DNA from: Gammaproteobacteria bacterium
Lineage (GTDB): Bacteria > Pseudomonadota > Gammaproteobacteria > UBA4575
DNA length: 64,000 nt
Assembly (NCBI GenBank): GCA_965221955.1
Contig: CBDCTA010000022.1
Coordinates: 64,001 to 128,000 of the forward strand
Direction: 5' to 3'
Each line of letters opens with the position of its first letter. The stretch's first letter is position 1. This document shows positions 61,123 to 64,000 of this stretch, in pieces. Both the position numbers and the translations under genes were made by a program. The notes below the pieces were generated by a model. It saw only the letters and a program-made list of their open reading frames with translations, was not told the DNA's origin and searched no databases.

Positions 61123-63939
61123 CTAATGGGCTTCATCCCAATTATCGCCCACAGCCGCATCTACCACCAAAGGCACTGAAAGCTCTGCTGCCGCTTCCAT
61201 CTGTTCAATCACATTTTGCTTTGTCGATTCGATGGCCTTATTTTTAACTTCAAATACCAATTCATCGTGTACTTGCATAATCATTTTGCATTCAGCTTGC
61301 TTATCACAAAGGTAGTCGTCAATTTTAATCATCGCGCGTTTAATAATATCGGCCGCAGTACCTTGCATCGGTGCATTAATTGCAGTGCGTTCAGCATACT
61401 GGCGTCGTTGCACATTTTTATTATTAATATCGGGCAAATAAAGTCTTCTACCAAATAATGTTTCCACATATCCCTGTTCACGCGCTTGCTCACGTATATT
61501 GTCCATATATTTTTTTACACCAGGATAGCGTTCAAAATACAAACTCACATATTGCTGTGCTTCTGTACGAGTAATTCCAAGTTGCTTGGCTAAACCAAAT
61601 GCTGACATACCATAAATTAAACCAAAGTTAATCGCTTTAGCCGCACGACGCTGTTCCGCTTCAACTTTATCAAGGCTCAAACCAAAAACTTCTGCTGCCG
61701 TCGCACGGTGAATATCTTCACCTTTAGCAAAAGCATCCGTTAGCCTTTCATCGCTTGATAAATGTGCCATGATACGTAACTCAATCTGGGAATAGTCTGC
61801 TGCTAAAACTTGAAATCCTTTTGGCGCTACAAACGCTTGGCGCACTCGTCTTCCTTCTTCTGTGCGAATCGGAATGTTTTGTAAATTTGGGTCAGAGGAA
61901 GATAACCTGCCTGTAATTGCTACAGCCTGATGATACGAAGTATGAATACGATTAGTTTTAGAATTAATTAAGGATGGTAATTTATCGACATAGGTAGATT
62001 TAAGTTTACTTAGTGTACGATGTTCAAGCAGTAACTTTGGCAATGGGTAATCGATCGCAAGTTCTTGCAGCACATCTTCTGCAGTAGAAGGTTGCCCTTT
62101 AGGTGTTTTACGAATTACAGGAATACCTTGTTTTTCAAATAAAATTTCTTGAATCTGTTTAGGTGAACTTAAATTAAATTTTTCTCCTGCAAGCTCAAAG
62201 GCCTCTTTTTCAACTTCTACAATTCGCTTACTAAGTTGTTTGCCTTGTTTCTCTAATTGTTTATCATCAAGCAGCACACCATTGCGTTCTATATTTGAAA
62301 GCACCTTTAAGCATAGGTAATTCAATGGTTTCATAAAGTTCTTTTTGCTTAACTTTTTTCTTTTGCTGCAATTCTTTCCAAAAAACTTGATGTAACCGCA
62401 ATACCATATCGGCATCCTCAGCTGCATAATCCAAAGCTGTATCAAGCTCTACTTGATCAAAAGTGATTTGTTTTGCCCCCTTGCCGGCAACCTCTTCAAA
62501 ATGAATATTTGTGTGATCTAAATATTTTTCACACAAAGTATCTAAATCATGTCGGCTAGCTACCGAGTTACACACATACGACTCCAACATCGTATCGTGT
62601 TGTATGCCATTTAATTCAACACCATGATTTAACAATACACTTCGATCATATTTCAGGTTATGACCAATAATCTTTGCATGCTTATCATTTAGAATCGGTT
62701 CAAGCAGTTTGAGTACTTCTTCTCTATTCAACTGTTTAGACACACCGGAATAAGTATGTGCGAGAGGCACATAGGCCGCCTCTCCAGCTTTAACTGAAAA
62801 AGATAATCCCACCACATTGGCTTGCATGTAATCCAAGCTATCCGTCTCGGTATCAAAGGCAACTAAATCTGGCAGCTTTGAGTTTTTTTACCCAAGCATT
62901 GAAATCTTTTTTTGTCGTAGGACTGAGTTGGTAATTAGCTTCTTAACTAGGTAGCCTTCAGCATCTATAGTATCTTGTAGTTCTTCCGATTCATCACCTT
63001 CATTTAGAATCAATCAGTCACCTTCTTCTTCATTTACCCATGGCCTTCAACCAAGATTTAAACTCTAATTCTGTGTATACAAGCTTTCGTAGTGTAGAGC
63101 GTTTCCTCTTGCTTGAATGAGCTAAATCATCAATCTTGATTGACAATTCCAAGTCACAACGAATCGTGGTTAATTCTTTTGATAGAGGTATTTGGTCTAA
63201 ATGTGCACGAAATTTTTCACCCACTTTGCCTTTAATAGCATCGGCGTTTTTAATTAACTCATCCAGAGTTTCATATTCATTTAACCACTTAGCAGCCGTC
63301 TTAGGCCCTACACTGGGTACACCAGGAATATTGTCAGACTTGTCACCCGTCAGTGCGAGATATTCAATAATTTGATGTGGTGCTACACCAAATTTTTCCA
63401 TCACACCATCTGCATCCATTTTAGTATCCGTCATCGTATTCACTAAGCGTAACTTTTTCATTCACTAGTTGAGCCATATCTTTGTCACCAGTTGATATTA
63501 GTACTTCATGACCCTGTTCAGCCGCTTGCCTTGCCAGCGTGCCGATCACATCATCAGCTTCTACACCAGATTCAGAAATTAGCGGTAATCCCAAAGTGCG
63601 CACCATTTCGTAAAGTGGTTCAATCTGGATTTGCATATCTTCAGGCATCGGTGGACGCGTCGCTTTATAGTCTTCATACATATCATGCCGAAACGTTTTA
63701 CCTTTGGCATCGAACACAACTCCAATATGGCTTGGCTCAACCTCTGCCTGAAGTCTTTTCAGCATACTAACTACTCCACGAATAACACCTGTAGGCATAC
63801 CTTCGCTGTTATGTAATTCTTGTAAATTACGTATGTGATATGCGCGGTACAAATATGAAGAACCATCGACAAGTACAATAGGTGGCGTAGAGTCTGTTTT
63901 AGCCTTAGATGTCGCTTTGTTTTTTGTTTTTTTAGGCAT
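61123..63939 (-). CDS. polA: DNA polymerase I, reading frame interrupted by several indels
   Basis: [24 protein letters not shown], exo [32 protein letters not shown] spread over four or more frames. Confidence 0.93.
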
Positions 63940-64000
63940 GTAAAAGAACTTATCGCTAGTGATCAATCAAGTTGAACGTTATCATGTCGCTAAAATTGAA

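Overview
Gammaproteobacterial chromosome segment, moderately AT-rich and mostly core genes (typA, mutY, moaCD, degQ, cbpA, rph-rdgB-hemW, rpmE, adk, hemH, priA-argS, nadA, speAE, glnK-amtB, comM, dsbA, engB, polA). The window opens in a formaldehyde-activating-enzyme (Fae) family gene, suggesting H4MPT-linked C1 metabolism. No CRISPR array, integrase or transposase is visible. The most interesting signals are non-coding. (i) An apparently leaderless 27-codon leader peptide with a terminator/antiterminator switch sits in front of an EamA-MATE efflux pair. (ii) A DnaA-box triplet with DARS-like geometry lies upstream of rpmE, and tandem DnaA boxes occupy the priA start region. (iii) A sigmaE-promoter-driven sRNA with C-rich loops lies between polA and engB (ErsA/sX13 position); its loop is complementary to the SD of an Ntr-controlled porin in the same window. 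(iv) Two hairpin repeat elements are sequence-divergent but structurally co-linear. (v) A 20-bp-period operator array precedes adk. polA at the right end is broken by several frameshifts, most likely assembly errors. All calls are by eye; no searches or folding programs were run.
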